64,000 nt of DNA from IMG/VR virus record IMGVR_UViG_3300028197_000003, positions 96,001-160,000 of that record; one strand, 5' to 3'. A program made the translations under genes and the position numbers. The notes beneath the pieces were generated by a model. The model worked only from the letters and a program-made list of their open reading frames with translations, was not told where the DNA came from and searched no databases. Shown here piece by piece: positions 37,907 to 46,266 of this stretch (its first letter is position 1; every line of letters begins with the position of its first letter). The stretch is from a virus.

Positions 37907-39370
37907 ATGCCATCAGCATTCCAACCGTGGGATAAACTAAAAACGTGCTTGGTAGGTCGGTCATATCCTCCAGAGTTTTATAGTTACATCAAAAATCCCA
38001 AAGCACGTGCTGGGATGGAGAAAATTGCTCAGGAAACTGAGGAAGACTATCAAAAACTATGCGACAAACTAACAGAGTTAGGTGTTGAGGTAATTAGAAC
38101 TAATATTTCTGACGACTGGGAGAAGGATCATGACTGGGGGTACCGGGCTAAGTATCCCTCGGCAATGGTTCCAAGAGATCACCTTGCGGTGATTGGTGAC
38201 AAGTTATACATGCCGAATAGTGACTACTTGAAGAACGTTGATCTTCGCGAGATGATCAATGGTCTTCATAATCCAAACTGTAAGCATGAGTGGTTGCAAC
38301 CGGGTGCTGAGTTGGTTGCAGAGTTCATCCTCGACATGATGAAACCTGCTAGGGGTGTGAAGAATATGGATCCCATTGAGGAACTGCGTGATTTTTATCA
38401 CAACCATGGTTCACAACGTCGGGATGGAAATACTTATAGCATAAGCGGACTGTTGTCTGGGTTAGACCTGGCGGACATGGAGAGACTGTGTTTGAGTGCT
38501 GTTACTAATACAATTGGCGATCCTCACAGAGTCAACAAAGAATATAATGAGTATCAAGATGCAGAGAAGTGGTTCAAAGAAAAAGGAGGGGAGGTTGTTT
38601 ATAATCAGTACGTCAACGGTGCTTCAGTAATTCGTTGTGGTAGAGATCTATATTTCTCTATGAACAACATCATGAACCTTGCCAATCAAGATATGTTCAT
38701 GGAGAAGTGGGAGCGTCTGTTCCCTGAGTTTAGAAACCATCCTCTGTATGTTCCTGGACATGGCGACGGTTCTTTGACTCCAGTCAAACCAGGACTGTTG
38801 GTTTCTATTGCTAAAACTGAATTCTTTAGCGAAACTTTTCCTGATTGGGAGGTTGCACATATTCCGGGTGCTGGATGGAAACAAGTGGATGGTTTTCTGA
38901 AGATGAAGAAGAAAAATAAGGGACGCTGGTGGGTTCCTGGAGAAGAAGACAACGATGACCTAACGGAGTTCATCGACACTTGGTTGAACGACTGGGTAAT
39001 CTACGTTGAAGAGACTGTCTTTGATGTCAATATGCTTGTGGTTGACGAGAAGAATGTTATCTGTAATGGATATAACAAGACGGTCTTTGATGCCTTTGAT
39101 AAGCATGGAATTACAGGTCATGTCGTGAACTTTAGGCACCGTTACTTCTGGGATGGTGGACTGCACTGCATCACCCTCGACCTGGATCGTGAGGGAGAGA
39201 TGCAAGACTTCTTCCCAGAGCGTGGTGATGAAAGTTATGTCATCCAGGACCCAAGGAACGACAAGAAATCACCACTGTATAACAAGTGGGATGCTTACGA
39301 TAAGCAACGTCCTAACTTCAAAAAAGATCAGGAGATTAGGCAAAACCAAAATCAAGAATCAGTTTCCTAG
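37907..39370 (+). CDS. amidinotransferase-fold protein, copy 2
   Basis: QPWDKLKTCLVG, PRDH, GHGDG, FRHRYFWDGGLHCIT. Confidence 0.85.
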   Translation: MPSAFQPWDKLKTCLVGRSYPPEFYSYIKNPKARAGMEKIAQETEEDYQKLCDKLTELGVEVIRTNISDDWEKDHDWGYRAKYPSAMVPRDHLAVIGDKLYMPNSDYLKNVDLREMINGLHNPNCKHEWLQPGAELVAEFILDMMKPARGVKNMDPIEELRDFYHNHGSQRRDGNTYSISGLLSGLDLADMERLCLSAVTNTIGDPHRVNKEYNEYQDAEKWFKEKGGEVVYNQYVNGASVIRCGRDLYFSMNNIMNLANQDMFMEKWERLFPEFRNHPLYVPGHGDGSLTPVKPGLLVSIAKTEFFSETFPDWEVAHIPGAGWKQVDGFLKMKKKNKGRWWVPGEEDNDDLTEFIDTWLNDWVIYVEETVFDVNMLVVDEKNVICNGYNKTVFDAFDKHGITGHVVNFRHRYFWDGGLHCITLDLDREGEMQDFFPERGDESYVIQDPRNDKKSPLYNKWDAYDKQRPNFKKDQEIRQNQNQESVS

Positions 39371-39375
39371 AAACC

Positions 39376-39398
39376 GGAAAAAAAACTCGGGCAAAAAT
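39376..39398. repeat. dispersed motif GG-A(7-8)-C(C)TCGGG(G)C-A(5-6)-T, copy 1
   Basis: ggaaaaaaaactcgggcaaaaat. Confidence 0.7.
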
Positions 39399-39470
39399 CT
39401 GCCGCCCAGGTTTTTTTATGATACAATGATTAGTGAGAGATAATACTCAGATACATAACGTGTCTGCAAA

Positions 39471-39800
39471 TTGCAAATGAAGCCTTTATTTGTGCTAATC
39501 GCTTCACTGTTCCTTGCTTTACCTGCATGGGCAGTGGATGTAACGATGGGTGCTAATGGAAACCTAGTGTTTGATCCACCAGAGGTTACTATTTCTGCTG
39601 GAGAAACGATTCACTTTGAAAACTCTGCGTTACCTCCACATAATATTATTGTGGAATCTCGCCCTGATTTGTCAAGAGAGTCTTTGATGTTTGCTCCTGG
39701 TGAAGGACAAGATATCAAATTCGCTGATGCTGGTGACTATACCTATTGGTGTGGACCCCATAAATCTGCTGGTATGGTTGGTACTATTCACGTTCAATGA
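39471..39800 (+). CDS. petE: plastocyanin
   Basis: Signal peptide; PPHNI; [11 protein letters not shown] copper ligands. Confidence 0.95.
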   Translation: MQMKPLFVLIASLFLALPAWAVDVTMGANGNLVFDPPEVTISAGETIHFENSALPPHNIIVESRPDLSRESLMFAPGEGQDIKFADAGDYTYWCGPHKSAGMVGTIHVQ

Positions 39801-40096
39801 ATCTTATGTTTACTGTCACTCTCAAAACTCCTGAAGGGGTTACTCATACAGTTGAATGTGCTGATGATCAATACATTTTAGATGCTGCTGATGAGGCAGG
39901 CATTGATCTTCCTTATTCATGTCGTGCTGGTGCTTGCTCTAGTTGTTCTGGTAAAATTGAATCAGGTACTGTAGATCAAAGTGATCAGTCATTCTTAGAT
40001 GATGATCAACTAGAAGCAGGTTTCTTGATGACTTGTGTCTCCTACCCCACGTCTGACGTTACTATTCTTACTGAGCAAGAGGAGTACCTTTACTAA
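39797..40096 (+). CDS. petF: plant-type [2Fe-2S] ferredoxin
   Basis: [13 protein letters not shown]...LMTCV. Confidence 0.96.
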   Translation: MNLMFTVTLKTPEGVTHTVECADDQYILDAADEAGIDLPYSCRAGACSSCSGKIESGTVDQSDQSFLDDDQLEAGFLMTCVSYPTSDVTILTEQEEYLY

Positions 40097-40127
40097 ATAC
40101 CTCTGTATAACAGTCGTAAACATAGAG

Positions 40128-40427
40128 ATGTCGGTTTCTAAGAACTGTACTTCGCTTTCCTCCTCTGATGTTCGGAGTGAGTTGACAGTAGATCCTAATG
40201 GAAATATTGTCTTGGATGGCAGTGGTGAGGCGATTGATCGCTCTGATAAATCACCATCATGGCGGTTCCGTGAGCGTGTATGGAAACGCATTGATCGCGA
40301 ACAGCATGATGTTGGAATGGATTTCTATCGTAAGCAAGAACTTGCTAAGAAAGAAGTCAAAGCAGATCTTGAGTTTATGAATCGCGAGAAGGCCAAGAAT
40401 GGTTCTTATCCAGAGCGTCCTGAGTAA
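40128..40427 (+). CDS. hypothetical protein
   Basis: ATG40128 downstream of a late-promoter-like CTAAATA; 99 aa. Confidence 0.55.
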   Translation: MSVSKNCTSLSSSDVRSELTVDPNGNIVLDGSGEAIDRSDKSPSWRFRERVWKRIDREQHDVGMDFYRKQELAKKEVKADLEFMNREKAKNGSYPERPE

Positions 40428-40430
40428 AGA

Positions 40431-40459
40431 TTGACAAGACAGCACAGATATCTTATAAT
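40431..40459 (+). promoter_or_regulatory. consensus sigma70 promoter
   Basis: TTGACA-17 nt-TATAAT. Confidence 0.85.
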
Positions 40460-40480
40460 ATCTTAGTTAGTCGGTCTTTC

Positions 40481-40663
40481 ATGAAAAAGTATCAAGTAAA
40501 ATCACGTTGGTACTATTGGTTCTGGGGAATTGCCACGGTCTCAGTTGTGTCAGGTCAAATTTATGTTGGTACAGGCTACCGGTCCATGGCGCATGCTATT
40601 GGGTCGGTAGTTTCTGGTGTAGATGTTACTTTGATTATCCCTGATAATGATTCTTTATTCTGA
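40481..40663 (+). CDS. small membrane protein
   Basis: WYYWFWGIATVSVVSGQIYVG. Confidence 0.65.
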   Translation: MKKYQVKSRWYYWFWGIATVSVVSGQIYVGTGYRSMAHAIGSVVSGVDVTLIIPDNDSLF

Positions 40664-41222
40664 GAAGTGGGAACTTCCGGAAGGTACTATAAAAACTCTC
40701 AAGGAAAGATACGATGATTCTTTTTTCCTAAAGGGAGGAGAAGATTCGATTGAGAACAGAAAAAATTGGGGACAACATTACACTGGGTTTCATAAAAATC
40801 CAAACAATAAAGCACCAACTGTTGAAGGTAACTTTATTGATAAGGATCTCCTACAACTTTATGTCCCTAAACTAAAGAAAATCCTTGGTGACATTGGATT
40901 GCCCATGGGCAAAACCATTTACAGTTACAGTAGTATTTGGGGACAACTATATAAACGTGACCTTGAAGCGGTCATTGATGTTCACAATCACTACGAAGAT
41001 CCACGTCAATTGATTTCGTGGGTTCACTTTGTTGATGTCCCTGACACTAAACTGTTTTACTTTCAGGTTGGAGATAAAAAAATCTATCCTAAATGTCAAA
41101 AAACAGGTGACATTATCCTATATCCATCTTATGCTATGCATGGTGTGGACATGATGACTGAGGGGAAAGACCGCTTTGTTGTCGTTGGTAACATAGTAAA
41201 ACTCAACCAAAATCGCTGGTAA
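40647..41222 (+). CDS. putative 2OG-Fe(II) oxygenase
   Basis: DVHNH, SWVHF, GDIILYPSYAMHGV, RFVVVGN. Confidence 0.7.
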   Translation: MILYSEKWELPEGTIKTLKERYDDSFFLKGGEDSIENRKNWGQHYTGFHKNPNNKAPTVEGNFIDKDLLQLYVPKLKKILGDIGLPMGKTIYSYSSIWGQLYKRDLEAVIDVHNHYEDPRQLISWVHFVDVPDTKLFYFQVGDKKIYPKCQKTGDIILYPSYAMHGVDMMTEGKDRFVVVGNIVKLNQNRW

Positions 41223-41459
41223 ATGAAAGCAGTAATTTACTCGAAGAACGATTGTCAATGGTGTGATAGGGTTCGTCAACTGCTTGTGTCAGTTGATATT
41301 GAATACCTTGAGTATAAACTTGACAAAGATTTCACAAAAGATCAATTCTACAATGAGTTTGAGGAAGGTGCTACCTTCCCACAAGTCTCTATCAACAACA
41401 AAGCAATTGGTGGATGCAAAGAGACACTCCATCATCTTCAAACTCTGGAGATGATTTGA
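41223..41459 (+). CDS. nrdC: glutaredoxin
   Basis: CQWC, TFPQV, IGG. Confidence 0.92.
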   Translation: MKAVIYSKNDCQWCDRVRQLLVSVDIEYLEYKLDKDFTKDQFYNEFEEGATFPQVSINNKAIGGCKETLHHLQTLEMI

Positions 41460-41572
41460 TAAACAAGGGCACCCTTCTGATGTATAATAGAAGGAAACCC
41501 CGCTACAAACTAATACCTCTTCTCAAAATATTTGGCAAGAGATTTTCGCTACATATAGAAAGGGAGAATTAG
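41456..41572 (+). CDS. small basic peptide (38 aa, absent from the ORF track)
   Basis: TTG start overlapping the nrdC stop: LINKGTLLMYNRRKPRYKLIPLLKIFGKRFSLHIEREN. Confidence 0.4.
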   Translation: MINKGTLLMYNRRKPRYKLIPLLKIFGKRFSLHIEREN

Positions 41573-41573
41573 C

Positions 41574-41804
41574 ATGGCACTTGATCCAACTACTGTCTTT
41601 TTCGTAATGTTTGCAGTGATCATGCTACAAACAATTGCAATTGGTTTAGTGATTGGGTACCTAGTCCGTACTTACATCCACGATGTAACTCCCCAGTATT
41701 CTCACCCTGAGATGTTCGATGAGCATGGTAATCCTGTTGCCGACACTCTAATCTCTTTCCGATTTGAAGGTGAGACCCCCTACCTCGATGAATTTGAAGA
41801 CTAA
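41574..41804 (+). CDS. conserved membrane-anchored hypothetical protein
   Basis: TM helix followed by HPEMFDEHGN. Confidence 0.7.
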   Translation: MALDPTTVFFVMFAVIMLQTIAIGLVIGYLVRTYIHDVTPQYSHPEMFDEHGNPVADTLISFRFEGETPYLDEFED

Positions 41805-41806
41805 TT

Positions 41807-42262
41807 ATGGCAACGTCAAAACTTCCTAACAATCCTTTGGTCTCCGAACTGTTCAGAGCAGTACACGGTGCTAAGACTGTGGATAAAAAGGTTGAAATTT
41901 TAGAACAACACAAACGGGATGATGTAAAGGCAATCCTTATCTGGAACTTTGATAAAGGTATCAAGTCTGCTATCCCTGAGGGAGATGTTCCCTATAAGAG
42001 GAACGAGTCTCCTGCTGGTACTGATGGTCACACTCGTCTGGTGCATGAGTGGAGGTCATTGTATAACTTTATTCGTGGGGGCAACGACAAACTATCTCAG
42101 ATGCGCCGGGAAACCTTGCTGATTCAACTCCTAGAGTCACTTCATGCTGACGAAGCAGAGATTGTTACTCTGACTAAAGACAGTGAACTGCAGAGTAAGT
42201 ATCGTATTACTCGTAATGTTGTGGAGAAAGCATATCCTGAGATCAATTGGCGTGATAAGTGA
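41807..42262 (+). CDS. conserved T4-like hypothetical protein
   Basis: 151 aa; LIWNFD...LPEG-like motif, RRETLLIQLLESLH. Confidence 0.75.
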   Translation: MATSKLPNNPLVSELFRAVHGAKTVDKKVEILEQHKRDDVKAILIWNFDKGIKSAIPEGDVPYKRNESPAGTDGHTRLVHEWRSLYNFIRGGNDKLSQMRRETLLIQLLESLHADEAEIVTLTKDSELQSKYRITRNVVEKAYPEINWRDK

Positions 42263-43371
42263 AGTTTCTCATTGATCTAACAGATCATTGTAACTCCAAG
42301 TGTCCTCTATGTGCTAGGCATAAGACATCATATAATGATGAGGTTGCGGTGCTTGCACCTGACCCATCAATGAACCTGTCAAAGATTTCACTTGATCAAT
42401 GGAAGACATGGTTCCCACAAAAGACCCTTGAGAAGACAGAGTTGATCTACTTCCAAGGGTCTTTTGGTGAGCCAACATTGTGTGATGATCTGCTTGAGAT
42501 ATATGCCTATACTCTAAAGTCAAATCCCAATATTGTTTTCCAAATGAGTACCAATGGAGGCACTCGTGACGATGCATTTTGGGGAAGACTTGGTGCTCTC
42601 ATGGGAGCATCACATAAAGATAGTTTCCTCATCTTTTCTATTGACGGTCTAGAGGATACGCTGCAGCATTACCGCGTAGGTGTGGACTATAAGAAGGTGA
42701 TGAGGAGTGCTAAAGCATTCATTGCGGCAGGTGGTCCTGCTGTCTGGAGGATGCTAGTCTTCAAACATAACCAACATCAGATAAAAAGATGTAAGACGTT
42801 GAGTAAACTGTGGAAGTTCAAAGACTTTCAACATACTCGTGTCAATGATATGTATGACGCTAGTGGTCGTGGTGATGGTAAATTTACGTACTCATACAGA
42901 GATAAGGTGCATACCTTACAAGTAGCAGACGATCCTGACCATGTGTACCACCCAGACCCCGTAGCAGAGGACTCAGAGGTGGTGTGCCGCTATAAGCATA
43001 GCAAAGGTACTCCTGGTCAACTGAGGATCGATAGCAGGGGTGTGGTGCATGCCTGCTGCTTCCATCAGTCACGCCTTAGGTTCTTCTACCCTGGATATTA
43101 TATTGACAATGATCCTGATGCACCTGCTGTCTTCCGTGACATCAAAAACCCAAACAAGGGAGTGGGTGCAGAATACATGCAAAAAGTTTTCTGGGACAGC
43201 GTTATCCCTTTGATTGAAGAGCAGGGAGGTATCAAATCTATCTCATTGGAACACAAATCGTTACAAGAGGTGCTACAGACTCCCTTTTTCCAGCATACTC
43301 TGGTAGACTCTTGGAGTAGTAAACCACACATCTGTGCGGACTATTGTGGGAAGAAAAGACGTGTCGATTGA
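42259..43371 (+). CDS. radical SAM protein with C-terminal Cys cluster
   Basis: CNSKCPLC, GSFGEP, STNGG, SIDG; C-terminal C...CC...C...C. Confidence 0.85.
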   Translation: MKFLIDLTDHCNSKCPLCARHKTSYNDEVAVLAPDPSMNLSKISLDQWKTWFPQKTLEKTELIYFQGSFGEPTLCDDLLEIYAYTLKSNPNIVFQMSTNGGTRDDAFWGRLGALMGASHKDSFLIFSIDGLEDTLQHYRVGVDYKKVMRSAKAFIAAGGPAVWRMLVFKHNQHQIKRCKTLSKLWKFKDFQHTRVNDMYDASGRGDGKFTYSYRDKVHTLQVADDPDHVYHPDPVAEDSEVVCRYKHSKGTPGQLRIDSRGVVHACCFHQSRLRFFYPGYYIDNDPDAPAVFRDIKNPNKGVGAEYMQKVFWDSVIPLIEEQGGIKSISLEHKSLQEVLQTPFFQHTLVDSWSSKPHICADYCGKKRRVD

Positions 43372-43395
43372 TACTGACGTTCTTCTCTATATAAT
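43368..43395 (+). promoter_or_regulatory. sigma70-type promoter of the riboswitch leader
   Basis: TTGATA-16 nt-TATAAT. Confidence 0.65.
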
Positions 43396-43403
43396 ATAAC
43401 ATC

Positions 43404-43455
43404 ATGCGAATCGTTCATCCCCGTTGAGGGGACGCAAGTAAGTCGCGGAACGGAG
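43404..43455 (+). ncRNA. glutamine riboswitch-like aptamer 1 (variant)
   Basis: CGTTC(43412-16)/GAACG(43448-52); TCCCC/GGGGA stem; CGCAAGTAAG linker; GCGA/TCGC possible pseudoknot. Confidence 0.6.
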
Positions 43456-43645
43456 CCGTTCATCCCAATGCTTGAAATACTTCTGTATTCATCACTCACC
43501 TGTCAACAAGCTGATACAATCATGCTGAAGATGAAAGCAAACGAGAATCTCTCAAATGCTTTCAAGGTAGAGTTGATAGAGACCGTAAAGGAATCTACAC
43601 CAGAATGTCGCTGGTATTGGGACGCACACGACTGAAGGAACGGGG
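43456..43645 (+). ncRNA. glutamine-II (Downstream-peptide) riboswitch-like aptamer 2 with a 150-nt loop
   Basis: CCGTTCATCCCA...TGGGACGCACACGACTGAAGGAACGG matches the remembered CGUUCA-stem-CGCA..CGACUGAAGGAACG consensus. Confidence 0.7.
43468..43635 (+). CDS. 55-aa peptide nested within aptamer 2 (absent from the ORF track)
   Basis: MLEILLYSSLTCQQADTIMLKMKANENLSNAFKVELIETVKESTPECRWYWDAHD; GGAG 12 nt upstream. Confidence 0.7.
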   Translation: MLEILLYSSLTCQQADTIMLKMKANENLSNAFKVELIETVKESTPECRWYWDAHD

Positions 43646-43676
43646 ACTAAAAAACCCATCCTTTAGGAGACCTACA

Positions 43677-43841
43677 GTGAACACACTGACATTGATCCGG
43701 AATCAGATTGAAAAGGCAGCACGTCTTCATGACGCACAAATTGCTCACACTTCCTATCGTGGTGTGAAGTATGAATGCCTTGAAACTAATGAGGAAACTC
43801 ATGGTACCTTCTGCTATCGGGGTCGCACTTACACAAAGTGA
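43677..43841 (+). CDS. DUF4278-like small protein
   Basis: GTG start with AGGAGA Shine-Dalgarno; YRGVKY and YRGRTY motifs; lies downstream of the aptamers. Confidence 0.75.
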   Translation: MNTLTLIRNQIEKAARLHDAQIAHTSYRGVKYECLETNEETHGTFCYRGRTYTK

Positions 43842-43882
43842 AAAGTAAGATACATTTGCTAGTCAAATGATCTTGTATAACT

Positions 43883-43911
43883 AAGGGAAGGTTTGACACC
43901 TTCCCTTTTTT
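43883..43911 (+). terminator. intrinsic terminator
   Basis: AAGGGAAGGT-TTGAC-ACCTTCCCTT followed by a T-tract. Confidence 0.85.
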
Positions 43912-43921
43912 GTTTTATAAT
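43893..43921 (+). promoter_or_regulatory. consensus sigma70 promoter overlapping the terminator
   Basis: TTGACA-17 nt-TATAAT with the -35 box in the hairpin loop. Confidence 0.8.
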
Positions 43922-43927
43922 ACAACC

Positions 43928-44080
43928 ATGGAACGAGACAAACTCAAGATTATTGTTTCCGATTTGGAAATGCTTCTCAGTGCTCTCAAAGCAGAGGTCT
44001 ACTCTGATGTGGCGTCTTACCGTTTCGACGAGTGTGACCCTGTTGAGCAAAACTACGACGAAATTTACGAAGGTCCATGA
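43928..44080 (+). CDS. conserved small acidic protein (50 aa, absent from the ORF track)
   Basis: MERDKLKIIVSDLEMLLSALKAEVYSDVASY...; its stop overlaps the thyX ATG. Confidence 0.7.
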   Translation: MERDKLKIIVSDLEMLLSALKAEVYSDVASYRFDECDPVEQNYDEIYEGP

Positions 44081-44724
44081 CAGTAGAACTTATCAGTGTT
44101 ACTCCTGATTCTGAGCAGATGATGGCGTACATTGCTCGTGTGAGCAATCCTGCTAATCAAGAGAATGAAAAGTATTCTGGTCTACTAAAGTATTGTATCA
44201 AGCACAACCATTGGAGTGTGTTTGAGCAATCAACAATGACTTTGGAGATCTTTACAACTAGAGCAATCGCAGCTCAAATTTTGAGGCACCGCTCATTCAC
44301 ATTCCAAGAGTTTTCACAAAGATATGCTGACACTAAACTGCTGAAGGATAACATTCCTCTTCCTGCAATGCGTCGTCAGGATACTAAGAATAGGCAAAAT
44401 AGTATTGATGATTTGGATCCATATACTATTCAGAAATTGGAGTTACAGATGCAAACTCTATTCTCCTCTGCACAATCACTTTACAATCAGATGCTAGAGG
44501 AGGGTGTCGCAAAGGAATGTGCAAGAATGGTGCTTCCACTGTGTACTCCCACCAAAATCTACATGACAGGCTCATGCAGATCATGGATCCATTACATCAA
44601 TCTGAGGTCTGAAAACGGCACTCAGAAGGAGCACATGGACATCGCTCATGCATGTAAGAAGATTTTTATTGAACAGTATCCTTCTGTGAGTGAGGCATTG
44701 GAATGGGTAAAATCTGCGGAATAA
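44077..44724 (+). CDS. thyX: flavin-dependent thymidylate synthase
   Basis: HWSVFE, RHRSFTFQEFSQRY, ARMVLP. Confidence 0.96.
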   Translation: MTVELISVTPDSEQMMAYIARVSNPANQENEKYSGLLKYCIKHNHWSVFEQSTMTLEIFTTRAIAAQILRHRSFTFQEFSQRYADTKLLKDNIPLPAMRRQDTKNRQNSIDDLDPYTIQKLELQMQTLFSSAQSLYNQMLEEGVAKECARMVLPLCTPTKIYMTGSCRSWIHYINLRSENGTQKEHMDIAHACKKIFIEQYPSVSEALEWVKSAE

Positions 44725-45695
44725 ATCTGTCGCATAATGGATCTCTTGCCATCCTTGAGGATGGTGAGGTCCAATTCTACATTGAAGAAGAAAGATTGAG
44801 TCGTGTCAAGCGGGATAGGTCTGCTTTGACTGCTGCGACTCAATTTTTAGATGATTCTATTGGTGTGGTCACTATATGTGACTGCTATACCACATACAAT
44901 TTGAAAAAATACCTGTTTAGAACCAAGCAGGCAAACAAAATCATTGATCTAGTCAAGGAAAAAGGACTTCCTCTAAAAGATTATCGTGACAGGCATCATG
45001 AATGTCATGCAGCGAATGCATATTACAACTCTGAGTTCAAAGATGCTGCTGTCATCGTCATGGATGGTAAAGGTTCTTTGCACCATCATAAAGATCTGAA
45101 GTTCTGTGAGACTGAAAGTATTTTTGACGTAAACGACGGAAAGTTTGAGTCAGTCTTCAAACATTACTCTACGTTCTGGAGCGAAGATGAGTCTAACAAG
45201 TTAGGTTCTTCTTTCTGGGACGGTAAAAACTTTTACAGTAATAGGACCAGCGTTGGTCAGGCGTATCGTAGAGTGTCACGATACTGTGGGTTTGATGAAA
45301 CTGATGCTGGTAAGACCATGGGTCTATCCACGTACGGTGCAGCACCCATAGATCTATTTGAGATTGACAATGGGCATAGCGTGTGCTCTACTGAACTCAG
45401 TCCAGAAGGTAATACCACCAGGTATACTGGACATGAGTGGCACCCTGAAGACTTAGCATATCGACTACAAAAGTCTGCTGAGGAACATGCTATGTTCATG
45501 CTTGAGAAAGCATACGAGTTGACCGGTAAGGAGAACGTGGTTCTTACAGGAGGATTTTTCCTCAACTGTATTGCAAACCACCAGCTCCTAAAAACTGGTA
45601 TAAATTTGTATGTAGATCCCCTTGCTTATGATGGCGGTCTTGCCATCGGTTCTGCTCTATTAGAACATTATGAGAACACTGTACCTCGGTCCTGA
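44703..45695 (+). CDS. carbamoyltransferase, Kae1-like N-terminal domain (NodU/CmcH/TobZ family)
   Basis: HNGS, EEERLSRVK, HHECHA, MDGKG, GKTMGL, GGFFLNC, DGG. Confidence 0.88.
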   Translation: MGKICGINLSHNGSLAILEDGEVQFYIEEERLSRVKRDRSALTAATQFLDDSIGVVTICDCYTTYNLKKYLFRTKQANKIIDLVKEKGLPLKDYRDRHHECHAANAYYNSEFKDAAVIVMDGKGSLHHHKDLKFCETESIFDVNDGKFESVFKHYSTFWSEDESNKLGSSFWDGKNFYSNRTSVGQAYRRVSRYCGFDETDAGKTMGLSTYGAAPIDLFEIDNGHSVCSTELSPEGNTTRYTGHEWHPEDLAYRLQKSAEEHAMFMLEKAYELTGKENVVLTGGFFLNCIANHQLLKTGINLYVDPLAYDGGLAIGSALLEHYENTVPRS

Positions 45696-46266
45696 ATACG
45701 ATCTTTCTTTTGTTGATGGTGAGGATGTAACTTACAAAGATGTAGCAGACATCATCGCAGATAAAAAAGTAGTTGCAATGTTCCAAGGGAGATCAGAGGC
45801 AGGTCCTCGTGCTCTTGGAAATAGATCTTTGTTGTATGATCCTCGTGATCATGAGGCACAGAAGACCGTCAACCTAATCAAAAAGCGTGAGCACTGGAGA
45901 CCATTTGCTGCCAGTGTCATGCTTGAATATGCAAACGATTGGTTTGACATGCGTGGACTTGATGAGTCACCGTTCATGATGTATGCCATGGATGCACGTC
46001 CAGTTAGTTGGCATTTGATTCCAGGTGTCCTGCATATTGATAAGACTTGTCGTATTCAAACTGTTACTGAGAAACAGAACGAGCACTACTACAAACTAAT
46101 CCATGCATTTTGGGACAAGACAGGCATCCCAATGCTGTTCAACACCTCATTCAACCTGGCAGGTGAACCATTAGTAGAGTCTCCGCAGGATGCATTCAAA
46201 ACATTCTATGAGTCTGACATACCATACCTATACTTTCCAGAGGTCGGAAAGATAGTGCGAAAATGA
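45670..46266 (+). CDS. carbamoyltransferase, YrdC-like C-terminal domain
   Basis: GRSEAGPRALGNRS, KKREHWRPFA, RIQTV, NTSFN. Confidence 0.9.
   Translation: MRTLYLGPEYDLSFVDGEDVTYKDVADIIADKKVVAMFQGRSEAGPRALGNRSLLYDPRDHEAQKTVNLIKKREHWRPFAASVMLEYANDWFDMRGLDESPFMMYAMDARPVSWHLIPGVLHIDKTCRIQTVTEKQNEHYYKLIHAFWDKTGIPMLFNTSFNLAGEPLVESPQDAFKTFYESDIPYLYFPEVGKIVRK

Noticed and set aside
44077-44724. thyX as a base-modifying hydroxymethylase
   Set aside because: It has a canonical ThyX motif (RHRSFTFQEFSQRY) and no ThyA-like dCMP/dUMP hydroxymethylase features.
45670-45695. Carbamoyltransferase split as a frameshift pseudogene
   Set aside because: The second ORF has its own ATG at the natural interdomain linker and both halves keep their motifs. 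Treated as a real split pending read checks.
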